A stretch of 61,951 nucleotides of DNA, counting the filler, from Chiloscyllium plagiosum (lineage: Eukaryota), in the NCBI RefSeq assembly GCF_004010195.1. It is 5 parts of one record of this genome, joined end to end, with 100 filler letters (N's around TTAATTAATTAA, not from the genome) between each part and the next. Parts side by side here need not be neighbours in the genome. Positions count along the whole stretch, not along the records: positions 22,096 to 49,834 come from NC_057715.1; 4 more parts are not named here. One strand, written 5' to 3'. Numbering within the stretch: position 1 is the first letter of the stretch; each line of letters opens with the position of its first letter. Shown here piece by piece: positions 36,531-49,934 of this stretch. Both the position numbers and the translations under genes were made by a program. The notes beneath the pieces were generated by a model. The model did no database searches. It saw only the letters and a list, made by a program, of their open reading frames with translations, and was not told the origin of the DNA.

Positions 36531-37017
36531 TCATACCTTCCACTTTAAAATAAAAGAACCATCAATGGAATATGCCTATAATCTTCACACTAAACCTAAG
36601 CATGCAACCATTCATCCCACAGTCCACCTCATTTCTTCTGCCACTGAATGCCTTCATCCTCCTTCATCATAATCATGACAGTACGTTAGCAATCACATTC
36701 TCTCATCCTGCCACATTTACAATTTTTAAATTGAATGGCTATAACAATAAACTCCATCTAAGCAGTCTCGTATTTTTATTCTTAAGTTTTTCCAAACATG
36801 TTAAGGGGATATGATCAGTATAAGATCTCAGTCTCAGATACATTACTGACAACTTAACTGTTGAAATGTTACAACACCAACACCAAACTCAATGTTTATT
36901 TCTTGACGGTGGAATATTTCTTTTGATAAACAGTCATCTTTCAGAAAAAAAAATCCAGGAAGTCTCTTTATATTTTTGTTGCATTCTTGTAAGATTACAG
37001 CACCCACACTCACATCA

Positions 37018-38780
37018 CACAGGTGGATAAATCCCGGACCGGATGGGATCTATCCCAGGTGACTGAGGGAGATGAGAGAGGAAATAGCTGGGGCCCTGAC
37101 AGATATCTTTGTGGCATCCATAAATACAGGTGAGGTGCCGGAGGACTGGAGGGTTGCTCATGTCGTCCCCCTATAGAAGAAGGGTAGTAGGATATTCCGG
37201 GTAACTACAGACCAGTGGTGGGAAAGTTGCTGGAGAAGTTGCTGAGGGATAAAATTTATTTGTATTTGGAAAAGAATGAGCTTATCAATGATAGGCAACA
37301 TGGTTTTGTGCGGGGGAGATCGTGCCTTACCAACTTAATAGAGTTCTTTGAGGAAGTGACCAAGTTGATAGATGAAGGAAGGTCTGCTGATGTCACATAC
37401 ATGGACTTTAGTAAGGCGTTTGATAAGGTTCCCCATGGTAGACTCATGGAGAAAGTGAAGTCACATGGTGTGCAGGGTGTTCTAGCTAGGTGGATAAAGA
37501 ACTGGTTGAGCAACAGGAGACAGAGAGTAGTAGTTGAAGGGAGTTTCTCAAAATGGAGAAAGGTGACCAGTGGTGTTCCACAGGGATCAGTGTTGGGGCC
37601 ACTGTTGTTTGTGATATACATAAATGATCTGGAAGAGGGCACTGTTGGTCTGATCAGTAAGTTTGCAGGTGACACGAAGATTGGTGGAGTAGCAGAAAGC
37701 ATAAGGGATTGTCAAAGAACGCAGGACAATATAGATAGACTGGAGAGTTGGGTGGAGAAGTGGCAGATGGTGTTCAATCCAGGCAAATGTGAGTTGATGC
37801 ATTTTGGGAAGTCTAATTCTAGAGCGAATTATACAGCAAATGGAAGAGCTGAAAATGTGTTGCTGGAAAAGCGCAGCAGGTCAGGCAGCATCCAAGGAGC
37901 AGGAGAATCGACGTTTCTGGCATGATCCCTTCTTCAGGAAGGATTGAAGAAGGGCTCATGCCCAAAACGTCGATTCTCCTGCTCCTTGGATGCTGCCTGA
38001 CCTGCTGCGCTTTTCTAGCAACATATTTTCAGCTCTGATCTCCAGCATCTGCAGTTCTCACTTTCTCCTAGCAAATAGAAGAACCTTGGGAAAAGTTGAT
38101 GAGCAGAGAGATCTGGGAGTTCAAGTCCATTGTACCCTGAAGGTTGCTGCACAGGTGGATAGACTGGTCAAGAAGGAATATAGTATGCTTGCCTTCATCA
38201 GACTGGGTATTGAGTATAAGAGCTGGCAGGTCATGTTAAAATTGTATAAGACATTGGTTCGGCCGCATTTGGAATACTGTGTACAGTCTGGTTGCCACAT
38301 TACCAAAAGCATGTGGACGCTTTGGATAGGGTGCAGAGAAGGTTTACCTTCTCTGAGGATGTTGTCTGGTTTGGAAGGTGCTAGCTATGAAGAGAGGGTG
38401 AGTAGGTTAAGATTATTTTCATGAGAAAAAAGGAGATTGAGGGGGGACCTGATTGAGCTTTACAAAATCATGAAGAGTATAGACAGGGTGGATAGAGACA
38501 AGCATTTTCCCAGGGTGAGGGATTCAATAACGAGAGGTCACACGTTCAAGGTGAGAGGTGGAAAGGTTTAGGGGGATACACGTGGCAAGTACTTCACACA
38601 GAGGGTGGCGGGCATCTGGATCACGTTGCCAGCAGAGGTGGTAGAGGCAGGCACGGTAGATTCATTTAAGATGCGTCTGGACAGATGCATGAGTAGGTGG
38701 GGAGTAGAGGGATACAGATGCTTAGGAATTGACCGGCAGGTTTAGACAGTAGATTTAGATCGGCCCAGGCTTGGACCGAT
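37018..38780 (+). mobile_element. CR1 LINE ORF2 (RT) and 3' UTR
   Basis: ORF 37215-37925 QHGFVRGRSCLTNLIEFFEEVT...DFSKAFDKVPH...[14 protein letters not shown]; continues after the PLE insert. Confidence 0.93.
37848..38069 (+). mobile_element. Palindromic PLE-derived insertion in CR1, 13-bp TSD
   Basis: TSD agcaaatggaaga 37835-37847 / agcaaatagaaga 38070-38082; inverted arms with degenerate hammerhead cores. Confidence 0.88.
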
Positions 38781-39204
38781 CACTCATATCGATAGCCACC
38801 TTGAATCACTTTGCTTAATTAGGTGTGGCGAACATTGGCACAGTGGTCAACATAGCTTTCAAACTGTCAAATACCTTCTGACATTCCTCTGTCTACTAAC
38901 TTTTTTGTACTGCTTCAACGGGTAGCCAGTGGAGTAACCACATGATTAAAATTTGATATGAATTTTAGATAAAAAACACTCAGTCCCAGGAATCATAGTA
39001 CTTTCATCTTCATTGTTGCTTTGGAAATCTCCCCAATAACCTTTGTTTTCACATCCCCTGGGACATCCATCCATGTCTAATGGCTTAGGTCTGGTCTTTT
39101 GCAAACTCACTCTTCGTTTATCATGAAGCCTGCTTCCTGAAGTTGATTGACAAATACATGAGATGCTCCAAATGCTTCTGTGTGTGACTAAAAATCACCA
39201 GATC

Positions 39205-40165
39205 CTCTATGATTTGGATGTGAGCTTAAGAGGTACAGTTAGTAAGTTTGCAGATGACACCAAAATTGGAGGAGAAGTGGACAGCAAAGAGGGTCACCTC
39301 AGATTACAACAGGTTCTGGACCAGATGGGCCAATGGGCTGAGAAGTGGCAGATGGAGTTTAATTTAGATAAATGCGAAGTGCTGCATTTTGGGAAAGCAA
39401 ATCTTAGCAGGACTTATACATTTAATGGTAAGGTCCTAGGGAGTGTTGTTGAACAAAGAGACCTTGGAGTGCAGGTACATAGCTCCTTGAAAGTGGAGTC
39501 GCAGGTAGATAGGATAGTGAAGAAGGCGTTTGGTATGCTTTCCTTTATTGGTCAGAGTATTAAGTACAGGAGTTGGGAGGTCATGTTGCGCTGTACAGGA
39601 CATTGGTTAGGCCACTGTTGGAATATTGTATGCAATTCTGGTCTCCTTCCTATCGGAAAGATGTTGTGAAACTTTAAAGGGTTCAGAAAAGATTTACAAG
39701 GATGTTGCAGGGTTGGAGGATTTGAGTTACAGGGAGAGGCTGAACAGGCTGGGGCTGTTTTCCCTGGTGTGTCGGAGGCTGAGGGGTGACCTTATAGAGA
39801 TTTACAAAATTATGAGGGACATGGATATGGTGAATAGCCAAAAAGCCCTGGGGTCGGGGAGTCCAGAACTAGAGGACATAGGTTTAGGGTGAGAGGGGAA
39901 AGATATAAAAGAGACCTAAGGGGCAACGTTTTCACGCAGAGGGTGGTACGTGTATGGAATGAGCTGCCAGAGGAAGTGGTGGAGGCTGGTACAATTGCAA
40001 CATTTAAGAGGCATTTGGATGGGTATATGAATAGGCAGGTTTGGAGGGATATGGGCCGGGTGCTGGCAGGTGGGACTAGATTGGGTTGGGATATCTGGTC
40101 GGCATGGACGGGTTGGACCGAAGGGTCTGTTTCCATGCTGTACATCTCTATGACTTTATGACTCT
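39205..40165 (+). mobile_element. CR1/HER1 LINE 3' fragment
   Basis: [40 protein letters not shown]; (tatgact)n tail. Confidence 0.92.
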
Positions 40166-40184
40166 CTGTACAGCACACAATTGG

Positions 40185-40860
40185 GTAATCCCAAAATGAC
40201 CTTATAGGTTAACCTTTGAAATGTGGCTGGTGCATTCTTCATTACCAAATGGCATAACTTTAAACTGGTAAATCCATTTGGGGATCACAAAAGCCAAAGT
40301 TACCTTCATTCTTGAAGATATTGGCCAGAATTCTCTAAGTCCAGCTTAGAAATATAACTTGTTTGTTCCCATTTTCTCAATTAAATCTTCCAAATGTGGA
40401 ATAGGACACAAATTGGATTTCATAACTGCATTGACGCAGTGATCGTCGCCACATAATCACTGGATACCGTCTGGTTTTGGTACCGTCACTGTGGTAAGCG
40501 TCATTTGCTGCAACTCATCTTGATTATATTTGTCCGTGAGCACACTTCCAATCTTTCTTTGGGAAGTGTGCTAATTTTAGAGGGTTGAGGTGATAAGAAT
40601 GTTGCTGAACTGGAATAACATTTCCTCATTCTACATCAGTGTGATTAGTTTTGTACATTGCAGTGTATTCCCACATATCTCTCTGTGTGATTTTAAAAAG
40701 TCTTTTAGGTTATTTTGATCTTCCTCTGGAAGGCAACTCAATAATTTATCCCAATTCTTGAGAACTTTCTCATTGTTCCATTTACTTTGAGGAATATCAA
40801 ATTAGGAATCATCTGGATTTGGTCCTCCCCTCTCACATAACCAATGACACATTCCCCTTT
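40185..40860 (-). mobile_element. Decayed Gypsy RT fragment
   Basis: Frame-disrupted VPKPDGI*LCGD, PIPHLEDLIEK, YQFKVMPFG-MKNAPATFQR on the minus strand. Confidence 0.75.
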
Positions 40861-43269
40861 AGCTTTCCTTTTATCAAAATAGAGTTGAGCAGAGAGTCAT
40901 AGTCTCTATGATCCAATTCATTCATGCTGACCAAATTCCCAAACTAAAGTAGTTCCAATTGCCTCTAAGCCTTTCCTATTCATGTATCTATTCCAATGAA
41001 TAGAGCATATTCATATGACACTCTGAGTTTTGCTTCTATCTGGCATTCTTATTTTGGTGTCATCTACAAACTTATTATTATATCTTCTATACTCAGATCC
41101 AAATCATGTATAGAAGTGGGAAAAGCAGTGGCCCACCACGGGTCCCAGGCATCTCCAGTCCAAACTCTGTTTCAGAGAATGAAGCATTTAGGAGTGAATG
41201 GCTGGGAGATTAAAATTCAATAACCTCGGCTGTCACAAAATGGCTAAAGGGAAGCTAGTTGGGGCATGAGTAGTCTCTATATATTCTATAAGCAGCCAAG
41301 ATGGGGCATGGTCATTTGATACAGCATTAGTATAAAAGCTTGAATTTGATATTGGGCAAAGAAAACATATTGACAAGAGTAAGAAATACTCCCCACCTCC
41401 TCATATCATTTGTTTAAGCCAACACTCCACTTTGATTTGAACAATGGGTACATACCTGCAGCAATTAAATTAAAATCTAGTAAAAGCCATTCTCATTTCC
41501 AAGCCAAATATTCTAGGAGGTAAAGGACAATATCAGCGATGGGAGGAAAGTAGCTGTCTTGTTGAGTATTGAAACATCTAGATGCAATCAGTGAATTTTT
41601 ATTACATTTTCTTAATTTTCAAACTGAAATTTTAAGTTGGCCATGTTTACCCTCCATTACATTGTAAAGTTAATTTTCCTGTTTGCCTGGCGTTTCAGTG
41701 TGTGTTTGTGTTCGTTAGTGGACAATAGGATATGTTGGCATATTTTAAAATGTGATTTTTTTTACCTCAATCAGTTTATTTGAATAAAATGATTTTTTTA
41801 TTGTATTTAATTCAAGAATATCTGTTTGCCTTATGTCTGACAAGTACAATACATAAGATTTCCAACTCTTACTTTTAAATTCAAAAGCCTATTGCAGTCA
41901 AATGAGGAATGAGAAAAAAGAAAAAGAAGTTATGCACCCTCAAATCAAAAGTTTTGTTTAAAAATGTTGTAGTCCGACACCTTTGTCAGTTTCATTATTT
42001 ATTATTTTCAAGTCTGAATTCTGATATAGTTTAATTATTATTTCTTTAAACATACTACCTGTGGAATGTGTGTACAATCCCTGTTTTGTTATGGAAGGTA
42101 TTCCCAGAATATTGAAAGATCTTGTCAGGAAATTATGCGCAAAACAGAACTGATGGGAAAGATGAGAGAAGTTGAAAATCTGGCACAATTGTTTATGTCG
42201 AAACCCATTGCCAATGAAACCATTAATATCTAGACACAATTAAGGAATAGCATTTTTAAATTGTTTACCATTTTACACTCCTGCATGATGATACTTCTGA
42301 TCAATTTACAAATCAAGCCATGAAATCTTCAATAATAAGTATAAAATATCATAAAGATGTTTGAAAACTGATAGATATTTAATGACCTTTAAGACCTTGT
42401 GAAAATTGCTTAAGTGCTATCCAACCAATACTGTGATTACGAGATAATTTAGCCACAAGTTGAAGCTTGGTGTAGGATGATATTATAATTAGGGCAAATA
42501 CTATAGTTCATTGAACATTTTGCAATGTTAAGAACTGACTAGGCTCCTTAAGAAGTCCTCTTAATTTCACCACCATAGCTTGTTATACTTCCTCTTAAAG
42601 TTATGTCATCATTAAACTATGATATGCTAAGGGTTCCTATTGTAATTGTGGAAGTTAATAAAGGAAAGCTTGTCTTGTGTTCACTCCACTGTTTCAGATT
42701 GTATTCCAGTCAAAGAGGAGTCAAAAAGGTGAAGGTTGTTTTAATATTCTTGGGTGAGGAGCAGAAGCAGTGCTCCTGTGGCTTTCATAACAGCAGCACA
42801 AACCATTATCCCACCTGGGATGGAATGTTCTCATCCTTGACTAGATGACATGGCGTGTCCGAAAAACAGAAATGACTTCACCTCAGGGTGGGGCAGCTTT
42901 GCTCATGCAATTACCTTATTTAAAGCTCATTCCAAGTGTATGCACAGGCAAAACCACCAAAATTTGGGAGCCACATCTGGACACCTCCTGGAACAGAGGA
43001 CCACTGGATGATTTAAATTTCTGCCACTCCCCCCACCACCTTAGAGATGGCAGAGCAGAAGGTATTGCACAAACATGCTGACCATTCCCTTGAGTTGCTG
43101 GTGCAGAGCTGTGCATGAGCACAGAAACATCCAACTCCTCAGGAATAGCATCACTCCTGACAAAGGTGATGTCAGTGGATGTGGTTGAGGCAGTTAGCAC
43201 ACAACACAATCCAGAAATATGACGAGATGCATTACTGCAAAAGGGTGAATTATCTGTTGTTGTCCGCCA

Positions 43270-44560
43270 CAGTGATTATGAAGGTAAAGTGTTTCCAGTG
43301 TGGCGTGATGGGACACTTATTTGTAGGTTGTTGGAAGGCGTGGGACTTATTGTGGTACACAAGGTCTTTACAGAGAAAGGAATCCTGACTGACAGAACTG
43401 ACTGAAGCTGTAGTTCTGACTGAGGCTATGACGATAAACATGAACACCGATGTGTGTGCTGAAAAATAAAAAATAAACTTGGGAGTTACAGTGAGTCCTT
43501 AGTAGAATAAAAAGGTAAGTGAACCCATGTCATATTTCGAGTCACTCAAACTGTTTGGTTTGGTAAAGGCCAGACTGGTCAGAAAACAACATCCAACTAA
43601 AACAGTAGCTTTAATTCCCACAATAGTTTTTGAAGAACCATTTAAATAGTCTGTTAGCAGATTGTGTGGACCCCATATTGCAAACAAAAGAAGGACACCA
43701 GTATCTCCTTGTTATTATCAGTAAGGCTATTCAATTCGCAAACATACTCATTGAGCATGAGGTTAGCACGGTGGCTCAATGGTTAGCACCACTGCCTCAC
43801 AGCGCCAGAGACCCGGGTTCAATTCCCACCTCAGGCAACTGTCTGTGTGGAGTTTGCACATTCTCCCCGTGTCTGAGTGGGTTTCCTCCAGGTGCTCTGG
43901 TTTCCTCCCACAGTCACAAAGATGTGTGTTCCAGGTGAATTGGCCATGCTAAACTGCCCATAGTGTTAGGTGCATTAAACAGAGGTAAATATAGGGTAGG
44001 TTAGGGGAGTGGGAATGGGTCTGGGTGGGTTACTCTTTGCAGGGAATCTAATCTAAACGTCGGTCAGGGAGAGGAATCACAGGCCTCAGCACTGCTCCCA
44101 GGCCAAGACTTAGGCTCATTTGACCAACACCCTACCCGAGCACAGTGCTCTTCATCCTGACCTGAGCTCAGTCCCCTATGCCCTTTCCCTGACCCGAATG
44201 CAATATTCCTGTTCCAACCCGAGCAGAGTGGGACCCCTCCTAAAGCCTTGGGCTGCAGTTATTAGGCCTGAGTTAACCCCTATTCTAAGCACACTCCTTG
44301 AGAACAATTACTGCTGAAGTAGTGATAGAGAAGTTGATCAAATTCTTCACTTAATATGGTATATTGATGAAAATCCAGCCGAAGGTTCCAATTCCACGTC
44401 TAAAATATTTCAAGCAGTAATGAGCAATCTCGATATGACACTGTTAGTGTCCTTCAGAAAAGCTAAACTCCATGAAGTCTCATGCATAAGGTTAAACATG
44501 TCAAAGAAAGTTCCTGCTGATTGCCACTTCCTATTTATCCCACACTGCTGTGTGTTAAAG
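43270..44560 (+). mobile_element. Decayed Gypsy (Gmr1-like) gag knuckle and integrase, interrupted by an HE1 SINE
   Basis: KCFQCGVMGHLFVGCW; ALIPTIVFEEPF..LADCVDPILQTKEGHQYLLVII; IEKLIKFFT*YG..EGSNSTSKIFQAVM. Confidence 0.7.
43760..44056 (+). mobile_element. HE1-like SINE
   Basis: gtggctcaatggttagc...ccgggttcaattcc head plus core. Confidence 0.85.
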
Positions 44561-44679
44561 ACAATTTTGTAGGAAGCACCACAGAATGGACTCTGAGTGG
44601 GGTACTATCAGAATCCTTGTAAATCTTTTCTGCGCCCTATCACTTTTAGCAACATCTTTCCTACAGCAGGAAGACCATT

Positions 44680-44985
44680 GTTAGATTAGATTACCTACAC
44701 TGTGGAAACAGGCCCTTCAGCCCAGCAAGTCCACACCGACCCTCCGAACAGTAGCCAACCCAAACCCAATTCATTTGACTAATGCATTTAACACTATGGG
44801 CAATTTAGCATGGCTAATTTACCTGACTTGCACATCTTTGGGCTGTGGGAGGAAACTGCAGCACCCAGAGAAAACCTGCGCAGACACGCGCAGAACGTGC
44901 AAACTCCACACAGACAGTCACCTGAGGCTGGAATCAAACCTGGGTCCCTGGTGCTGTGAGGGAGCAGTGTTAATCACTGAGACTC
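44680..44985 (-). mobile_element. HE1-like SINE
   Basis: Reverse complement of the same family; (ttaga)n tail at 44681. Confidence 0.85.
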
Positions 44986-46899
44986 CATAAACCAGTGCAT
45001 TTGATAATTTTTTAAAATGGTCCCAATCCAAGAATTAAGCTGGCTCTTGCAACTCAGGATCAATAGTTTGGAAATTAAATATTCTCACCCAAACAATCTG
45101 GACAATTTCTCTACTCATCCAATAGAAGGTTAATAAAAAGTAAAAAGGTTGTAAAGAGCAACCTAAAAAGAGAATAAAAAGAACAGCATTAACACTGAAG
45201 TTAATGGCAACAGAATGATATCAATAGTCTATACAATTTTATCTTTGGAGTAAATAATTTAAAATAAATCAAGTTTCTTCATTTATAACTATTTGTCTTC
45301 TCAGGAATGTCATTATTTTGATGAATGCTTGTTTGTCTGGAGAGAGGTCAGCAATGGTCAATGCTATTGACAAATCTGAAAATCTTCTGAAACATCAAAT
45401 ATATTTGAGTACTGAGTTTAGAGTCATGGTAACCCTGCATTCACAGCTCCATAATAACTACCACAATAACATTTGTAATCATTCATCTCTATTTGTATTG
45501 TCAACTCATCAATCTTGTTACAAATATTGCCTGCATTCAGATGAAGGGTCTGAACTTTGACTTATACCTTTTGTACTCTCTGTGGTTATAATTTCTGCTG
45601 CACTTTTTATTTTCTGTGCCTTTTTGTCATCCCTTTTTATTATTCGCCCCTTCACTACCTCGCATCTGTGGTCAAGGCCATACCCTGGACCACACTGGCA
45701 TTCACCAGCTCTCACATAATACAACTGCAACACATCCTGTCCAGATGTTTCTGTGCTAATTGGTTAATAAATTTTGATATTACATGTTTTAAACCTCAAT
45801 GGCTTAATTGTATTCTTAAGCTGTGATAAACTGCTCTGAATTAAACCTATTGACAACTTAAAAGAAACGTGGAAGAAATAACCATGAATCAACTATGCTT
45901 TCCTGTTTTCCACTTCAGCTCGAAAGGTCGAAACAGATTGAAGGGGCCACCACTCTCCTTCTCTACCACGCCTCACTCGATCAGATTGTTCACCAAGCTG
46001 CTGAACCCACTCTTTCATGGTTTTTTAGAATGCTGTTGTCCCACGCTGTCATGCAACTTAGGAAGCAGTTTTCCCTGCTGTAACTTGCACTGCGTCAGGA
46101 GCACAGTGGCCTCATGTCTCTGGCTCTATACAAGTTTTTTTTTACAAGGAGTGATGTATGTACCAGGTACACTGTTCCCTTCCTAATCCTTTCCCTGTCC
46201 AGAAGCAAATTCCCACTGGGAGAAAATTTAGCTTTTTTTTTTAAGCAGCCTGTTCATACGTTTCTGACACACTTCTGGAACAGATGAGACTTAAAGCAGG
46301 CACTTGTAGCCGAGAGAAAGGAACACTACCACAGTGGCCAAACTCTAATTTAATGGCAACCATTATTATAAACCCATCAGATTGAGCAATGACTTTTAGG
46401 GAAGGAAATGTGTCATCCTTATCTGGTCTGGCCTTCCTGTGACTGACTGTAAACTGCTTTCTGATATGGCCCAGCAAGTCACTCAGTTTAAGGATGAAAC
46501 AACTGCGCAGAGGCTGGTGTCCCATCACCAAGTCCCCCTTTATTTACCTGTGCACAGTACACTGACTGTGGCCAGTCAGCTCAGAGTCAGGCTCCTGAAC
46601 TCAGGAGATCCTAATCTCCTGGTTATATTTTTTTCATATCTTAAATGTAATGTTTTCTGTGACAGAACATTGATGCTTTTACAGCAAATTTGCCCATGGG
46701 ATATCGATTCCCTTTCTTTTGCTGTTTCTTGGTCATTAAGCTCCCCTCATATTTGTTTAGTTGATGATGCACGGCACAGGTCTTCTCGGGTCGCAAGTCC
46801 AAAGACTTATACTTTTTGCCTTTGTGTCTGATTGATGATAGTCAGAACAGGGCTTTCCTGATTGGCCCAGGTTAACAACCCCAACCAAGGACTTCATAC

Positions 46900-47390
46900 T
46901 GAGTTTTGCGAAGATTTTTAGCTCAGGTTGAGGTCTTGGATGTAGGTTTGCTTGCTGAGCTGGAAGGTTCATTTTCAGATGTTTCATCACCATACTGGGT
47001 AACATCATCAGTGAGCATCCAGATGAAAATTCACCTTCCAGATGAAAATTCACTCAGCTCACCGCCTTCCTAACCTGCGATCTTCTTCCTGACCTCTCCG
47101 CTCCCACCCCAGTCTGACCTATCACCCTCACCTTGACCTCTTTCCACCTATTGCATTTCTGACGCCCCTCCCCCAGGTCCCTCCTCCCTACCTTTTATCT
47201 TAGCCTGCTGGACAAACTCCTCATTCCTGAAGAAGGGCTTATGCCCGAAACGTCGATTCTCCTGTTCCCTGGATGCTGCCTGACCTGCTGCGCTTTTCCA
47301 GCAACACATTTTCAGCTCTGATCTCCAGCATCTGCAGACCTCACTTTCTCCTTCCAGCTCAGCAAGCAAACCTACATCCAGGACCTCATA
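46900..47390. mobile_element. Nested PLE-derived elements: palindromic element with a second PLE 3' end (47060-47352) inside
   Basis: Arms ggatgtaggtttgcttgctgagctggaa / ttccagctcagcaagcaaacctacatcc; minus CTGATGAtgttacccagtatggtgatGAAAC (~46980-47011); plus CTGAAGAagggcttatgcccGAAACGTC 47227-47254. Confidence 0.75.
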
Positions 47391-48976
47391 GTCGACAAGA
47401 TCATCTGGTTCCAATCACTACAGAGGCTAATTAGGGCTGACCCAGCCAGCAATACTGACATCATTAGTTGCGCATTTGCAAATTCACTTTTGGCTGGTTT
47501 TATCACCAATTAGCCGACTGGAATTTCCTAACCAAACCCCTTGATAATTTTGTATTTATTAAATCTGGTTGATGGATCTTATCAATCTACATGTAATATA
47601 GGGAAAGCATATGATTGGGCATATTGAAACTTGGGTAAAATGTTGTAAATGTTTATTGTGACAAGAAAAATACAGGTCATTCATCCTCTTTTGGTCATAA
47701 TTCAAGTGTGTGGGGCCCCCATTTATATTGAACGAACTCTGTTCTGAAGATCTGGCAATTAAACTGAACAGGAATTTATTATTGCAAAGGGAACAAAGAG
47801 ATGCAACATGTATGACACGCAAAGGAGCAAAACATGTCACTATAATTAACAAACATTGCTTTAATGGCAATATAACTCCTATATCTAAACTGGTGATTAC
47901 ACTGGTGTGTCCACAAATATTCCTATAAGGTCATTAATTATCAAATGCTATTGCTCCTCTTTGGTCTGTCTGCCTTACACGCACGTACCAAATGGTGCAA
48001 TGTATTTGCCCCCCACTACTCTTACGCAATACAAAGTTCAGGCTGCAGAACAGATTTGTCTGCCTGTCACTACCTCTCCAAGAAGTGTGGGCCTGTGTAT
48101 TGTCCTGCACAAATGATTCCTCACTGATCTCAACTCCTTTCTACCTCAAACCTCCACTATTAGCAGTATTGGTGAATTTTATCTGCCCTTCTTGTGAAAA
48201 GTTAAATGAATGACTGGAAATGATTGGGAGATAGTTGTTTTCAGTGTCTGGCTGCAGTTGCCTTTATTGCAGAGTGATTATCGAACTTCAGTGCAAAGAC
48301 CCCAAGGCATTGCTCAAAGAATAGCTTTCGGCACTTGCTGGTTTGGGCTTTTGTTTCGGGTGTTTGTTGGTTATACCTAAAAATATGCCGACAAATCTGG
48401 GACCCCTCCCTTTTATATTACACATTGTTCGAAACCCTCATTTGGAAAATGACTTGGTGTAAGATCATGGTGGTGAACTTTGAACACTGACTCTTTCACC
48501 CACAAGGTAAAAACAAGGACTGCAGATGCTGGAAATCAGAGTCTAGATTAGTGTGGTGCTGGAAAAGCACAGCAGGTCAGGCAGCAGGAAAGTCAACGTT
48601 TTGGGCAAAAGCCCCTCTTTCACCCACAACCCTCTTCCTTCGAGTTTAATTTCACTCCTAAAACCTTTGATGTCTTTCTCCTTTCATCACCCACCCCACC
48701 TTTCCCTCAGAAATGAGAGTTCCAAACAGGGCAAGTCTGGTTTAATAAGATAGGACAGGATCTCACCAAAGTGGACTAGAAGCAACTATTTGCAAGTCTA
48801 TATCAGAACGGTGGAAGACATTCAAAAGGAAAATAGTGACAGTGTAGGGGCAACATGTCCTGTAAAAATGAAGGGTCAAACCAACGAATCCAAAGAACTC
48901 GGGATGTCAAGGAACATGTAAAATTCGACAAAAAAAAAGAAAGAAAACTATTGTACATGTGATGGAGTATCACAAG

Positions 48977-49600
48977 TACAATAGACAATAGGTACAGGAG
49001 TAGGCCATTCTGCCCTTCAAGCCTGCACCACCATTCATTATGATCATGGCTGATCATCCACAATCAGTATCCTGTTCCTGCCTTACCTCCATAACCCTTG
49101 ATTCCACTATCCTTGAGAGCTCTATCCAATTCTTTCTTAAACGAATCCAGAGACTGGGCCTCCACTGCCTGCTGAGGCAGAGCATTCCACACACCCACCA
49201 CTCTCTGGGTGAAAAAGTTTCTCCTCATCTCTGTCCTAAATGGCCTACTCCTTATTTTTAAGCAGTGTCCTCTGGTTCGAGACTCACCCATCAGTGGAAA
49301 CATGTTTCCTGCCTCCAGAGTATCCAATCCTTGCTTCTATACTCAATCCCTCTTGTTATGAAGGCCAGCATGCTATTAGCTTTCTTCATTACCTGGTGTA
49401 CCTGCATGCTTGCCTTCATTGACTGGTGTACAAGAACACCCAGATCTCTTTGTACTGCCCCTTTACCTAACTTGACTCCATTTAGGTAGTAATCTGCCTT
49501 CCTGATTTTGTCACCAAAGTGGATAACCATACATTTATCCACATTACCCTTCAGTACCCTGGGATGTAGACCATCAGGCCCCGGGGACTTATCAACCTTC
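48977..49600 (-). mobile_element. CR1 3' part with internal deletions
   Basis: KSPGPDGLHPRVLK joined directly to NVDKCMVIHFG; FFTQRVVGVWNALP; same (CTATTG)n tail family as 2220-3535. Confidence 0.85.
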
Positions 49601-49830
49601 CCCTCCCCCACTCACCCATTGTATTCTATGCTACTTTCTCCCCACCCCCACCCTCCTCTAGCTTATCTCTCCATGCTTCAGGCTCACTGCCTTTATTCCT
49701 GATGAAGGGCTTTTGCCCAAAACGTCAATTTTGAAGCTCCTTGGATGCTGCCTGAGCTGCTGTGCTCTTCCAGCACCACTAATCCAGAATCTGGTTTCCA
49801 GCATCTGCAGTCATTGTTTTTACCTCCTAT
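49595..49830 (+). mobile_element. PLE 3' end with degenerate hammerhead
   Basis: attcCTGATGAagggcttttgcccAAAACGTC (core starting at 49699). Confidence 0.7.
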
Positions 49831-49834
49831 TTTA

Positions 49835-49934
49835 NNNNNNNNNNNNNNNNNNNNNNNNNNNNNNNNNNNNNNNNNNNNTTAATTAATTAANNNNNNNNNN
49901 NNNNNNNNNNNNNNNNNNNNNNNNNNNNNNNNNN
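49835..49934. other. Assembly spacer
   Basis: N44-TTAATTAATTAA-N44. Confidence 0.97.

Noticed and set aside
41100..48480. Further MMP (hemopexin) exons from a neighbouring paralogue
   Set aside because: Candidate splice-bounded segments (e.g. ~42058, ~45567) did not translate into MMP-like sequence.
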